Source: Veleropilina oligotropha
Taxonomy: Eukaryota
NCBI GenBank assembly: GCA_048128005.1
Contig: JBEUKZ010000079.1
Location: 62,001 to 126,000, forward strand
Length of the DNA: 64,000 nucleotides
Reading direction: 5' to 3'
A program made the position numbers and the translations under genes. The notes below the pieces were generated by a model. The model was given only the letters and a program-made list of their open reading frames with translations. It searched no databases and was not told the origin of the DNA. Numbering within the stretch: position 1 is the stretch's first letter; the number at the start of each line of letters is the position of its first letter. Positions 35,801 through 51,100 of the stretch are shown here, piece after piece.

Positions 35801-38585
35801 TATTATTCAGGGAAAGTTGTGTCAGTCCTAGCGCCTAAACTGCTATAGCTGCATAGTTGTAAGTTGCCATATAGTTACTACTATAGCTGAATTGATGCAT
35901 ACAACTTTTTGAGTCACATGACCGCGTCGGTTTGTCGGCCATCTTGGATTACGTCATAAACTAGCTGCTTTTATAACTTTGTTAATATTTAACCTAGAGC
36001 AACATGATTAGTATATTCGGATGCCAGGGTCGCTTGTCAAAAATGTCATGAGAGTGGATTTTTTAATTTTTAATTTAACCGGCGGCCATACTGAAATCAA
36101 TTTAAAATGGCTATAGCTTGGAAATGATGCAACGTAGACCCATGGTTACTATGGGGAGCCTATGGGAAGTCATGGGTGGGCTTTCGAAAATGACCTTGAC
36201 CTTTGACCTCAGGTGACCTACATTGCAGGAAATGACATAATTAAGGAAAAATGCATACATGTGTGCCCATAGTGGTTGAAGTGAACTACTATTGATGTCT
36301 GTAGTCGACATTTATCAAATTTACGTGATAAAATCGAAAAACAGGAAGTGCCTCGGCGGCCATTAAAGCATTTGTTGCAAGTGGCAATATATCAAAATGG
36401 ATGCACCGCAGACACATAGTTACTATGGGGAGCCTATGGGAAGTCATGGTTCATCTTTCACATGTGACCTTGACCTTTGACCTCAGTTGACCTACATTGC
36501 AGTAAATGACCTAATTAAGAAAAACGCCCTATTTTTGCCAGAAAATGGTCACGAAATGCCAAACTCGGTTAATATTGATGCTAGAGCTTAGATATTTTGA
36601 ATGGAAATAATAAAAAAATTCGATCTAAAAACTTTCAATTTTTTTCAAAAAAATTTACAAAAAAATTTGAAAAAATTCTAAAAAATTTAAAATATCTAAG
36701 AATATAACTTGGAGCCCTATACAGCTGCTAGCAGCTTTAATTATTATTATTATTATTATAGTTCAAAAGTTGTGTCAGTCCTAGCGCCTAAACTGCTATA
36801 GCTGCATAGCTGTAAGTTGCCATATAGTTACTACTATAGCTGAATTGATGCATACAACTTTTTGAGTCACATGACCGCGTCGGTTTGTCGGCCATCTTGG
36901 ATTACGTCATAAACTAGCTTCTTTTATAACTTTGTTAATATTTAACCTAGCAGGACATGATTAGTATATTCGGATGCCAGAGTCCCTTGTCAAAAATGTC
37001 ATGAGAGTGGATTTTTGAATTTTTAATTTAACCGGCGGCCATATTGAAATCAATTTAAAATGGCTATATCTTGGAAATGATGCAACGTAGACCCATGGTT
37101 ACTATGGGGAGCCTATGGGAAGTCATGGGTGGGCTTTCGAAAATGACCTTGACCTTTGACCTCAGGTGACCTACATTGCAGGAAATGACCTAATTAAGGA
37201 AAAATGCATACATGTGTGCCCATAGTGGTTGAAGTGCACTACTATTGATGTCTGTAGTCGACATTTATCAAATTTACGTGATAAAATCGAAAAACAGGAA
37301 GTGCCTCGGCGGCCATTAAAGCATTTGTTTCAAGTGGCAATATATCAAAAAGGATGCACCGCAGACACATAGTTACTATGGGGAGCCTATGGGAAGTCAT
37401 GGTTCATCGTTCACATGTGACCTTGACCTTTGACCTCAGTTGACCTACATTGCAGTAAATGACCTAATTAAGGAAAACGCCCTATTTTTGCCAGAAAATG
37501 GTCACGAAATGGCCAACTCGGTTAATATTGATGCTAGAGCTTAGGTATTTTGAATGGAAATAATAAAAAAATTCGATCTAAAAACTTCAATTTTTTTTAA
37601 ATTTTTTTAAAAAATTTAAAAAAATTCTAATTATTATTATTATTATTCTCCGGAAGTTGTGTCAGTCCTAGCGCCTAAACTGCTATAGCTGCATAGTTGT
37701 AAGTTGCCATATAGTTACTACTATAGCTGAATTGACGCATACAACTTTTTGAGTCACATGACCGCGTCGGTTTGTCGGCCATCTTGGATTACGTCATAAA
37801 CTAGCTTCTTTTATAACTTTGTTAATATTTAACCTAGAGCAACATGATTAGTATATTCGGATGCCAGAGTCGCTTGTCAAAAATGTCATGAGAGTGGATT
37901 TTTTAATTTTTAATTTAACCGGCGGCCATACTGAAATCAATTTAAAATGGCTATAGCTTGGAAATGATGCAACGTAGACCCATGGTTACTATGGGGAGCC
38001 TATGGGAAGTCATGGGTGGGCTTTCGAAAATGACCTTGACCTTTGACCTCAGGTGACCTACATTGCAGGAAATGACCTAATTAAGGAAAAATGCCTACAT
38101 GTGTGCCCATAGTGGTTGAAGTGAACTACTATTGATGTCTGTAGTCGACATTTATCAAATTTACGTGATAAAAGCGGAAAACAGGAAGTGCCTCGGCGGC
38201 CATTAAAGCATTTGTTGCTAGTGGCAATATATCAAAATGGATGCACCGCAGACACATAGTTACTATGGGGAGCCTATGGGAAGTCATGGTTCATCTTTCA
38301 CATGTGACCTTGACCTTTGACCTCAGTTGACCTACATTGCAGTAAATGACCTAATTAAGAAAAATTAAGAAAAATTAAAAAAAAATTAAAAAAATTAAAA
38401 AAAAATTATAATATCCAGGAATATAACTTGGAGCCCTATACAGCTGCTAGCAGCTTTAATTATTATTATTAGGGCTTCAAGCCTTTTCAAGCTTGAAGCC
38501 CTATTGAAATTGAAAGAATTATTATTATTAGGGCTCCAAAATTTTTTTTTTGGAGACCTATTGTTTTTATATTTATTTTTATTAT

Positions 38586-40151
38586 TAGGGCTTCAAGCAC
38601 TTCAGGCTTGAAGACCTATTGTTTTTATTAGAATTTCTATTCTTATTATTATTATTCCGGACGATATTGTAGCGGCCGTACCTCAATAACCGCTATAGCT
38701 GCTTAATTATTAGTCACCATGTATGATCATACCATACTGAAGTTGTGTGGCGCGGTTTATCAGGTAGGTGGCGCTAGTGGTCTGGCGGCCATCTTGGATT
38801 ACGTCATAAACTAGCTTCTTTTATAACTTTGTTAATATTTAACCTAGAGGGACATGATTAGTATATTCGGATGCCAGAGTCGCTTGTCAAAAATGTCATG
38901 AGAGTGGATTTTTGAATTTTTAATTTAATCGGCGGCCATACTGAAATCAATTTAAAATGGCTATATCTTGGAAATGATGCAACGTAGACCCATGGTTACT
39001 ATGGGGAGCCTATGGGAAGTCATGGGTGCGCTTTCGAAAATGACCTTGACCTTTGACCTCAGGTGACCTACATTGCAGGAAATGACCTAATTAAGGAAAA
39101 ATGCATACATGTGTGCCCATAGTGGTTGAAGTGAACTACTATTGATGTCTGTAGTCGGCATTTATCAAATTTACGTGATAAAATCGAAATACAGGAAGTG
39201 CCTCGGCGACCATTAAAGCATTTGTTTCAAGTGGCAATATATCAAAAAGGATGCACCGCAGACAGATAGTTACTATGGGGAGCCTATGGGAAGTCATGGT
39301 TCATCTTTCACATGTGACCTTGACCTTTGACCTCAGTTGACCTACATTGCAGTAAATGATCTAATTAAGGGAAACGCCCTATTTTTTGCCAGGAAATGGT
39401 CACGAAATGGATGAGAGCTTAGATATTTTGAATGGAAATAATAAAAAAATTCGAAAAACTTTCAATTTAAATTTTTTTTTAAAATAAAATTTAAAATGGC
39501 TATATCTTGGAAATGATGCAACGTAGACCCATGGTTACTATGGGGAGCCTATGGGAAGTCATGAGTGGGCTTTCGAAAATGACCTTGACCTTTGACCTCA
39601 GGTGACCTACATTGCAGGAAATGACCTAATTAAGGAAAAATGCATACATGTGTGCCCATAGTGGTTCAAGAGAACTACTATTGATGTCTGTAGTCGACAT
39701 TTATCAAATTTACGTGATAAAATCGAAAAACAGGAAGTGCCTCGCCGGCCATTAAAGCATTTGTTTCAAGTGGCAATATATCAAAAAGGATGCACCGCAG
39801 ACACATAGTTACTATGGGGAGCCTATGGGAAGTCATGGTTCATCTTGCACATGTGACCTTGACCTTTGACCTCAGTTGACCTACATTGCAGTAAATGACC
39901 CAATTAAGAAAAACGCCCTATTTTTGCCGGAAAATGGTCACGAAATGGCCAACTTGGTTAATATTGATGCTAGAGCTTATATATTTTGAATGGAAATAAA
40001 AAAAAATTCGAAAAACTTTCAATTTTTAAAAAAAAATTTAAATAAAATTTAAACAAAATCTAAAAAATGTAGGTGTGTTTTGTGTTCAACTAATTAATGC
40101 GATAACATGGCTCTAACTTGAAGCCCTGCACAGCTGCTAGCAGCTTTAATT
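38586..40151 (+). mobile_element. Second subfamily-B element (shorter)
   Basis: Same head, CCGGACGA body start and CTTGAAGCCCTGCAC tail as 8921-11110, but lacks most of the divergent ~9150-9860 segment. Confidence 0.78.
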
Positions 40152-41857
40152 CTTATTATTAGGGCTCCAAAAATTTTTTTTTGGAGACCTATTGTTTTTA
40201 TATTTATTTTTATTATTAGGGCTCCAAAAATTTTTTTTTGGAGACCTATTGTTTTTATGTTTATTTTTATTCTTCTTATTATTAGGGCTCCAAAAATTTT
40301 TTTTTGGAGACCTATTGTTTTTATGTTTATTTTTATTCTTATTATTATTATTATTATTATAGTTCGGAAGTTGTGTCAGCCCTAGCGCCTAAACTGCTAT
40401 AGCTGCATAGTTGTAAGTTGCCATATAGTTACTACTATAGCTGAATTGATGCATACAACTTTTTGAGTCACATGACCGCGTCGGTTTGTCGGCCATCTTG
40501 GATTACGTCATAAACTAGCTTCTTTTATAACTTTCTTAATATTTAACCTAGAGCGACATGATTTATATATTCAGATGCCAAAGTCGCTTGTCTAAAATCT
40601 TATCAAAGCGGATTTTTGAATTTTTAATTTAACCGGCGGCCATAGTGAAATCAATTTAAAATGGCTATATCTTGGAAATGATGCAACGTAGACCCATGGT
40701 TACTATGGGGAGCCTATGGGAAGTCATGGGTGGGCTTTCGAAAATGACCTTGACCTTTGACCTTAGGTGACCTACATTGCAGGAAATGACCTAATTAAGG
40801 GAAAATGCATACATGTGTGCCCATAGTGGTTGAAGTGAACTACTATTGATGTCTGTAGTCGACATTTATCAAATTTACGTGATAAAAGCGGAAAACAGGA
40901 AGTGCCTCGGCGGCCATTAAAGCATTTGTTGAAAGTGGCAATATATCAAAACGGATGCACCGCAGACACATAGTTACTATGGGGAGCCTATGGGAAGTCA
41001 TGGTTCATCTTTCACATGTGACCTTGACCTTTGACCTCAGTTGACCTACATTGCAGGATATGACCTAATTAAGGAAAAATGCATACATGTGTGCCCATAG
41101 TGGTTGAAGTGAACTACTATTGATGTCTGTAGTCGACATTTATCAAATTTACGTGATAAAATCGAAAAATAGGAAGTGCCTCGGCGGCCATTAAAGCATT
41201 TGTTTCAAGTGGCAATATATCAAAAAGGATGCACCGCAGACACATAGTTACTATGGGGAGCCTATGGGAAGTCATGGTTCATCTTTCACATGTGACCTTG
41301 ACCTTTGACCTCAGTTGACCTACATTGCAGTAAATGACCTAATTAAGGAAAAATGCATACATGTGTGCCCATAGTGGTTGAAGTGAACTACTATTGATGT
41401 CTGTAGTCGACATTTATCAAATTTACGTGATAAAAATCAAATTTACGTGATAAAATCGAAAAACAGGAAGTGTCTCGGCGGCCATTAAAGCATTTGTTGC
41501 AAGTGGCAATATATCAAAACGGATGCACCGCAGACACATAGTTACTATGGGGAGCCTATGGGAAGTCATGGTTCATCTTTCACATGTGACCTTGACCTTT
41601 GACCTCAGTTGACCTACATTGCAGTAAATGACCTAATTAAGGAAAACGCCCTATTTTTGCCAGAAAATGGTCACGAAATGGCCAACTCGGTTAATATTGA
41701 TGCTAGAGCTTAGATATTTTGAATGGAAATAATAAAAAAATTCGATCTAAAAACTTTCAATTTTTTTTTAAAAATTAAAAAAAAATTTAAAAAAATCTAA
41801 AATGTTTATAATATCTAGGAATATAACTTGGAGCCCTATACAGCTGCTAGCAGCTTT

Positions 41858-41888
<31 letters not shown>

Positions 41889-44800
41889 CGGAAGTTGTGT
41901 CAAGCCTAGCGCCTAAACTGCTATAGCTGCATAGTTGTAAGTTGCCATATAGTTACTACTGTAGCTGAATTGATGCATACAACTTTTTGAGTCACATGAC
42001 CGCATCGGTTTGTCGGCCATCTTGGATTACGTCATAAACTAGCTTCTTTTATAACTTTCTTAATATTTAACCTAGAGCGACATGATTAGTATATTCAGAT
42101 GCCAAAGTCGTTTGTCAACAATCTTATCAAAGCGGATTTTTGAATTTTTAATTTAACCGGCGGCCATAGTGAAATCAATTTAAAATGGCTATATCTTGGA
42201 AATGATGCAACGTAGACCCATGGTTACTATGGGGAGCCTATGGGAAGTCATGGGTGGGCTTTCGAAAATGACCTTGACCTTTGACCTCAGGTGACCTACA
42301 TTGCAGGAAATGACCTAATTAAGGAAAAATGCATACATGTGTGCCCATAGTGGTTGAAGTGAACTACTATTGATGTCTGTAGTCGACATTTATCAAATTT
42401 ACGTGATAAAATCGAAAAACAGGAAGTTCATCGGCGGCCATTAAAGCATTTGTTTCAAGTGGCAATATATCAAAAAGGATGCACCGCAGACACATAGTTA
42501 CTATGGGGAGCCTATGGGAAGTCATGGTTCATCTTTCACATGTGACCTTGACCTTTGACCTCAGTTGACCTACATTGCAGGATATGACCTAATTAAGGAA
42601 AAATGCATACATGTGTGCCCATAGTGGTTGAAGTGAACTACTATTGATGTCTGTAGTCGACATTTATCAAATTTACGTGATAAAATCGAAAAATAGGAAG
42701 TTCCTCGGCGGCCATTAAAGCATTTGTTTCAAGTGGCAATATATCAAAAAGGATGCAAAGCAGACACATAGTTACTATGGGGAGCCTATGGGAAGTCATG
42801 GTTCATCTTTCACATGTGACCTTGACCTTTGACCTCAGTTGACCTACATTGCAGTAAATGACCTAATTAAGGAAAACGCCCTATTTTTGCCAGGAAATGG
42901 TCACGAAATGGCCAACTCGGTTAATATTGATGCTAGAGCTTAGATATTTTGAATGGAAATAATAAAAAAATTCGATCTAAAAAAACAAAATGGCCGCCAT
43001 ATTTCCTTGTGGCAGTCCTAGCGCCTAAACTGCTATAGCTGCATAGTTGTTAGTTGCCATATAGTTACTACTATAGCTGAATTGATGCATACAACTTTTT
43101 GAGTCACATGACCACGTCGGTTTGTCGGCCATCTTGGATTACGTCATAAACTAGCTTCTTTTATAACTTTGTTAATATTTAACCTAGAGCGACATGATTT
43201 ATATATTCAGATGCCAAAGTCGCTTGTCTAAAATCTTATCAAAGCAGATTTTTGAATTTTTAAATTAACCGGCGGCCATAGTGAAATCAATTTAAAATGG
43301 CTATATCTGGGAAATGATCCAACGTAGACCCATGGTTACTATGGGGAGCCTATGGGAAGTCATGGGTGGGCTTTCGAAAATGACCTTGACCTTTGACCTC
43401 AGGTGACCTACATTGCAGGAAATGACCAAATTAATGAAAAATGCATACATGTGTGCCCATAGTGGTTGAAGTGAACTACTATTGATGTCTGTAGTCGACA
43501 TTTATCAAATTTACGTGATAAAATCGAAAAACAGGAAGTGCCTCGGCGGCCATTGAAGCATTTGTTTCAAGTGGCAATATATCAAAAAGGATGCACCGCA
43601 GACACATAGTTACTATGGGGAGCCTATGGGAAGTCATGGTTCATCTTTCACATGTGACCTTGACCTTTGACCTCAGTTGACCTACATTGCAGTAAATGAC
43701 CTAATTAAGGAAAACGCCCTATTTTTGCCAGAAAATGGTCACGAAATGGCCAACTCGGTTAATATTGATGCTAGAGCTTAGATATTTTGAATGGAAATAA
43801 TAAAAAAATTCGAAAAACTTTCCATTTTTTTTTAAAAATTTAAAAAAAATCTAAAATAATTAGAATATCCAGGAATATAACTTGGAGCCCTATACAGCTG
43901 CTAGCAGCTTTAATTATTCTTATTATTATTCTCCGGAAGTTGTGTCAGGCCTAGCGCCTAAACTGCTATAGCTGCATAGTTGTAAGTTGCCATATAGTTA
44001 CTACTATAGCTGAATTGATGCATACAACTTTTTGAGTCACATGACCACGTCGGTTTGTCGGCCATCTTGGATTACGTCATAAACTAGCCTCTTTTATAAC
44101 TTTCTTAATATTTAACCTAGAGCGACATGATTTATATATTCGGATGCCAAAGTCGCTTGTCTAAAATCTTATCAAAGCGGATTTTTGAATTTTTAATTTA
44201 ACCGGCGGCCATACTGAAATCAATTTAAAATGGCTATACCTTGGAAATGATGCAACGTAGACCCATGGTTACTATGGGGAGCCTATGGGAAGTCATGGGT
44301 GGGCTTTCGAAAATGACCTTGACCTTTGACCTCAGGTGACCTACATTGCAGGAAATGACCTAATTAAGGAAAAATGCATACATGTGTGCCCATAGTGGTT
44401 GAAGTGAACTACTATTGATGTCTGTAGTCGACATTTATCAAATTTACGTGATAAAATCGAAATACAGGAAGTGCCTCGGCGACCATTAAAGCATTTGTTT
44501 CAAGTGGCAATATATCAAAAAGGATGCACCGCAGACAGATAGTTACTATGGGGAGCCTATGGGAAGTCATGGTTCATCTTTCACATGTGACCTTGACCTT
44601 TGACCTCAGTTGACCTACATTGCAGTAAATGATCTAATTAAGGGAAACGCCCTATTTTTTGCCAGGAAATGGTCACGAAATGGATGAGAGCTTAGATATT
44701 TTGAATGGAAATAATAAAAAAATTCGAAAAACTTTCAATTTAAATTTTTTTTTAAAATAAAATTTAAAATGGCTATATCTTGGAAATGATGCAACGTAGA

Positions 44801-45548
44801 CCCATGGTTACTATGGGGAGCCTATGGGAAGTCATGAGTGGGCTTTCGAAAATGACCTTGACCTTTGACCTCAGGTGACCTACATTGCAGGAAATGACCT
44901 AATTAAGGAAAAATGCATACATGTGTGCCCATAGTGGTTCAAGAGAACTACTATTGATGTCTGTAGTCGACATTTATCAAATTTACGTGATAAAATCGAA
45001 AAACAGGAAGTGCCTCGCCGGCCATTAAAGCATTTGTTTCAAGTGGCAATATATCAAAAAGGATGCACCGCAGACACATAGTTACTATGGGGAGCCTATG
45101 GGAAGTCATGGTTCATCTTGCACATGTGACCTTGACCTTTGACCTCAGTTGACCTACATTGCAGTAAATGACCCAATTAAGAAAAACGCCCTATTTTTGC
45201 CGGAAAATGGTCACGAAATGGCCAACTTGGTTAATATTGATGCTAGAGCTTATATATTTTGAATGGAAATAAAAAAAAATTCGAAAAACTTTCAATTTTT
45301 AAAAAAAAATTTAAATAAAATTTAAACAAAATCTAAAAAATGTAGGTGTGTTTTGTGTTCAACTAATTAATGCGATAACATGGCTCTAACTTGAAGCCCT
45401 GCACAGCTGCTAGCAGCTTTAATTCTTATTATTAGGGCTCCAAAAATTTTTTTTTGGAGACCTATTGTTTTTATATTTATTTTTATTATTAGGGCTCCAA
45501 AAATTTTTTTTTGGAGACCTATTGTTTTTATGTTTATTTTTATTCTTC

Positions 45549-45580
<32 letters not shown>

Positions 45581-48140
45581 GTTCGGAAGTTGTGTCAAGC
45601 CTAGCGCCTAAACTGCTATAGCTGCATAGTTGTAAGTTGCCATATAGTTACTACTGTAGCTGAATTGATGCATACAACTTTTTGAGTCACATGACCGCAT
45701 CGGTTTGTCGGCCATCTTGGATTACGTCATAAACTAGCTTCTTTTATAACTTTCTTAATATTTAACCTAGAGCGACATGATTAGTATATTCAGATGCCAA
45801 AGTCGTTTGTCAACAATCTTATCAAAGCGGATTTTTGAATTTTTAATTTAACCGGCGGCCATAGTGAAATCAATTTAAAATGGCTATATCTTGGAAATGA
45901 TGCAACGTAGACCCATGGTTACTATGGGGAGCCTATGGGAAGTCATGGGTGGGCTTTCGAAAATGACCTTGACCTTTGACCTCAGGTGACCTACATTGCA
46001 GGAAATGACCTAATTAAGGAAAAATGCATACATGTGTGCCCATAGTGGTTGAAGTGAACTACTATTGATGTCTGTAGTCGACATTTATCAAATTTACGTG
46101 ATAAAATCGAAAAACAGGAAGTTCATCGGCGGCCATTAAAGCATTTGTTTCAAGTGGCAATATATCAAAAAGGATGCACCGCAGACACATAGTTACTATG
46201 GGGAGCCTATGGGAAGTCATGGTTCATCTTTCACATGTGACCTTGACCTTTGACCTCAGTTGACCTACATTGCAGGATATGACCTAATTAAGGAAAAATG
46301 CATACATGTGTGCCCATAGTGGTTGAAGTGAACTACTATTGATGTCTGTAGTCGACATTTATCAAATTTACGTGATAAAATCGAAAAATAGGAAGTTCCT
46401 CGGCGGCCATTAAAGCATTTGTTTCAAGTGGCAATATATCAAAAAGGATGCAAAGCAGACACATAGTTACTATGGGGAGCCTATGGGAAGTCATGGTTCA
46501 TCTTTCACATGTGACCTTGACCTTTGACCTCAGTTGACCTACATTGCAGTAAATGACCTAATTAAGGAAAACGCCCTATTTTTGCCAGGAAATGGTCACG
46601 AAATGGCCAACTCGGTTAATATTGATGCTAGAGCTTAGATATTTTGAATGGAAATAATAAAAAAATTCGATCTAAAAAAACAAAATGGCCGCCATATTTC
46701 CTTGTGGCAGTCCTAGCGCCTAAACTGCTATAGCTGCATAGTTGTTAGTTGCCATATAGTTACTACTATAGCTGAATTGATGCATACAACTTTTTGAGTC
46801 ACATGACCACGTCGGTTTGTCGGCCATCTTGGATTACGTCATAAACTAGCTTCTTTTATAACTTTGTTAATATTTAACCTAGAGCGACATGATTTATATA
46901 TTCAGATGCCAAAGTCGCTTGTCTAAAATCTTATCAAAGCAGATTTTTGAATTTTTAAATTAACCGGCGGCCATAGTGAAATCAATTTAAAATGGCTATA
47001 TCTGGGAAATGATCCAACGTAGACCCATGGTTACTATGGGGAGCCTATGGGAAGTCATGGGTGGGCTTTCGAAAATGACCTTGACCTTTGACCTCAGGTG
47101 ACCTACATTGCAGGAAATGACCAAATTAATGAAAAATGCATACATGTGTGCCCATAGTGGTTGAAGTGAACTACTATTGATGTCTGTAGTCGACATTTAT
47201 CAAATTTACGTGATAAAATCGAAAAACAGGAAGTGCCTCGGCGGCCATTGAAGCATTTGTTTCAAGTGGCAATATATCAAAAAGGATGCACCGCAGACAC
47301 ATAGTTACTATGGGGAGCCTATGGGAAGTCATGGTTCATCTTTCACATGTGACCTTGACCTTTGACCTCAGTTGACCTACATTGCAGTAAATGACCTAAT
47401 TAAGGAAAACGCCCTATTTTTGCCAGAAAATGGTCACGAAATGGCCAACTCGGTTAATATTGATGCTAGAGCTTAGATATTTTGAATGGAAATAATAAAA
47501 AAATTCGAAAAACTTTCCATTTTTTTTTAAAAATTTAAAAAAAATCTAAAATAATTAGAATATCCAGGAATATAACTTGGAGCCCTATACAGCTGCTAGC
47601 AGCTTTAATTATTCTTATTATTATTCTCCGGAAGTTGTGTCAGGCCTAGCGCCTAAACTGCTATAGCTGCATAGTTGTAAGTTGCCATATAGTTACTACT
47701 ATAGCTGAATTGATGCATACAACTTTTTGAGTCACATGACCACGTCGGTTTGTCGGCCATCTTGGATTACGTCATAAACTAGCCTCTTTTATAACTTTCT
47801 TAATATTTAACCTAGAGCGACATGATTTATATATTCGGATGCCAAAGTCGCTTGTCTAAAATCTTATCAAAGCGGATTTTTGAATTTTTAATTTAACCGG
47901 CGGCCATACTGAAATCAATTTAAAATGGCTATACCTTGGAAATGATGCAACGTAGACCCATGGTTACTATGGGGAGCCTATGGGAAGTCATGGGTGGGCT
48001 TTCGAAAATGACCTTGACCTTTGACCTCAGGTGACCTACATTGCAGGAAATGACCTAATTAAGGAAAAATGCATACATGTGTGCCCATAGTGGTTGAAGT
48101 GAACTACTATTGATGTCTGTAGTCGACATTTATCAAATTT
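39030..48140 (+). repeat. Segmental tandem duplication (5273-bp copy followed by 3695-bp copy)
   Basis: Shared private variants: GAAATACAGG and GGATGAGAGC at offset 5273, ATTTCCTTGTGGCAG and ORFs 43301/46996 at offset 3695. Boundaries approximate. Confidence 0.85.
40284..41861 (+). mobile_element. Complete subfamily-A element with extra internal modules (1578 bp)
   Basis: Head-to-hairpin unit absent from the paralogous site at ~45551-45580. The duplication offset changes from 5273 to 3695 across it, a difference of 1578. Confidence 0.85.
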
Positions 48141-51100
48141 ACGTGATAAAATCGAAAAACAGGAAGTGCCTCGGCGGCCATTAAAGCATTTGTTTCAAGT
48201 GGCAATATATCAAAAAGGATGCACCGCAGACACATAGTTACTATGGGGAGCCTATGGGAAGTCATGGTTCATCTTTCACATGTGACCTTGACCTTTGACC
48301 TCAGTTGACCTACATTGCAGTAAATGACCTAATTAAGGAAAACGCCCTATTTTTGCCAGAAAATGGTCACGAAATGGCCAACTCGGTTAATATTGATGCT
48401 AGAGCTTAGATATTTTGAATGGAAATAATAAAAAAAATCGATCTAAAAAAAACAATTTTTTTTTTTAAAATTTAAAAAAAAATTAAAAAAATCTAAATTT
48501 TTTAGAATATCCAGGAATATAACTTGGAGCCCTATACAGCTGCTAGCAGCTTTAATTATTATTATTATTATTATTATTATTCTCCGGAAGTTGTGTCAAG
48601 CCTAGCGCCTAAACTGCTATAGCTGCATAGTTGTAAGTTGCCATATAGTTAGTACTATAGCTGAATTGATGCATACAACTTTTTGAGTCACATGACCGCG
48701 TCGGTTTGTCGGCCATCTTGTATTACGTCATAAACTAGCTTCTTTTATAACTTTGTCAATATTTAACCTAGAGCGACATGATTAGTATATTCGGATGCCA
48801 GAGTCGTTTGTCAAAAATGTCATGAGAGTGGATTTTTGAATTTTTAATTTAACCGGCGGCCATAGTGAAATCAATTTAAAATGGCTATATCTTGGAAATG
48901 ATGCAACGTAGACCCATGGTTACTATGGGGAGCCTATGGGAAGTCATGGGTGGGCTTTCGAAAATGACCTTGACCTTTGACCTCAGGTGACCTACATTGC
49001 AGGAAATGACCTAATTAAGGAAAAATGCATACATGTGTGCCCATAGTGGTTGAAGTGAACTACTATTGATGTCTGTAGTCGACATTTATCAAATTTACGT
49101 GATAAAATCGAAAAACAGGAAGTGCCTCGGCCGCCATTAAAGCATTTGTTTCAAGTGGCAATATATCAAAAAGGATGCACCGCAGACACATAGTTACTAT
49201 GGGGAGCCTATGGGAAGTCATGGTTCATCTTTCACATGTGACCTTGACCTTTGACCTCAGTTGACCTACATTGCAGTAAATGACCTAATTAAGAAAAACG
49301 CCCTATTTTTGCCAGAAAATGGTCACGAAATGGCCAACTCGGTTAATATTGATGCTAGAGCTTAGATATTTTGAATGGAAATAATGAAATTTACGAAAAA
49401 CTTTCAATTTTTAAAAAAAATTAAATTGTTTTTTTTTTAAATTCTAAATTTTTTAGAATTGTCACGAAATGGCCAACTCGGTTAATATTGATGCTAGAGC
49501 TTAGATATTTTGAATGGAAATAATGAAATTTACGAAAAACTTTCAATTTTTTTTTTAAATTAAATTTTTTTTTTTTTAAATTCTAAATTTTTTAGAATAT
49601 CCAGGAATATAACTTGGAGCCCTATACAGCTGCTAGCAGCTTTAATTATTATTATTATTATTATTATTAGGGCTTCAAGCCTTTTCAAGCTTGAAGCCCT
49701 ATTGAAATTGAAAGAATTATTATTAGGGCTCCAAAAATTTTTTTTTGGAGACCTATTGTTTTTATATTTATTTTTATTCTTATTAGGGCTCCAAAAATTT
49801 TTTTTTGGAGACCTATTGTTTTTATGTTTATTTTTATTCTTCTTATTATTATTATTATTATTATTATTATAGTTCGGAAGTTGTGTCAAGCCTAGCGCCT
49901 AAACTGCTATAGCTGCATAGTTGTAAGTTGCCATATAGTTACTACTGTAGCTGAATTGATGCATACAACTTTTTGAGTCACATGACCGCATCGGTTTGTC
50001 GGCCATCTTGGATTACGTCATAAACTAGCTTCTTTTATAACTTTCTTAATATTTAACCTAGAGCGACATGATTAGTATATTCAGATGCCAAAGTCGTTTG
50101 TCAACAATCTTATCAAAGCGGATTTTTGAATTTTTAATTTAACCGGCGGCCATAGTGAAATCAATTTAAAATGGCTATATCTTGGAAATGATGCAACGTA
50201 GACCCATGGTTACTATGGGGAGCCTATGGGAAGTCATGGGTGGGCTTTCGAAAATGACCTTGACCTTTGACCTCAGGTGACCTACATTGCAGGAAATGAC
50301 CTAATTAAGGAAAAATGCATACATGTGTGCCCATAGTGGTTGAAGTGAACTACTATTGATGTCTGTAGTCGACATTTATCAAATTTACGTGATAAAATCG
50401 AAAAACAGGAAGTTCATCGGCGGCCATTAAAGCATTTGTTTCAAGTGGCAATATATCAAAAAGGATGCACCACAGACACATAGTTACTATGGGGAGCCTA
50501 TGGGAAGTCATGGTTCATCTTTCACATGTGACCTTGACCTTTGACCTCAGTTGACCTACATTGCAGGATATGACCTAATTAAGGAAAAATGCATACATGT
50601 GTGCCCATAGTGGTTGAAGTGAACTACTATTGATGTCTGTAGTCGACATTTATCAAATTTACGTGATAAAATCGAAAAATAGGAAGTGCCTCGGCGGCCA
50701 TTAAAGCATTTGTTTCAAGTGGCAATATATCAAAAAGGATGCAAAGCAGACACATAGTTACTATGGGGAGCCTATGGGAAGTCATGGTTCATCTTTCACA
50801 TGTGACCTTGACCTTTGACCTCAGTTGACCTACATTGCAGTAAATGACCTAATTAAGAAAAACGCCCTATTTTTGCCAGGAAATGGTCACGAAATGGCCA
50901 ACTCGGTTAATATTGATGCTAGAGCTTAGATATTTTGAATGGAAATAATAAAAAAATTCGATCTAAAAAAACAAAATGGCCGCCATATTTCCTTGTGGCA
51001 GTCCTAGCGCCTAAACTGCTATAGCTGCATAGTTGTAAGTTGCCATATAGTTACTACTATAGCTGAATTGATGCATACAACTTTTTGAGTCACATGACCA

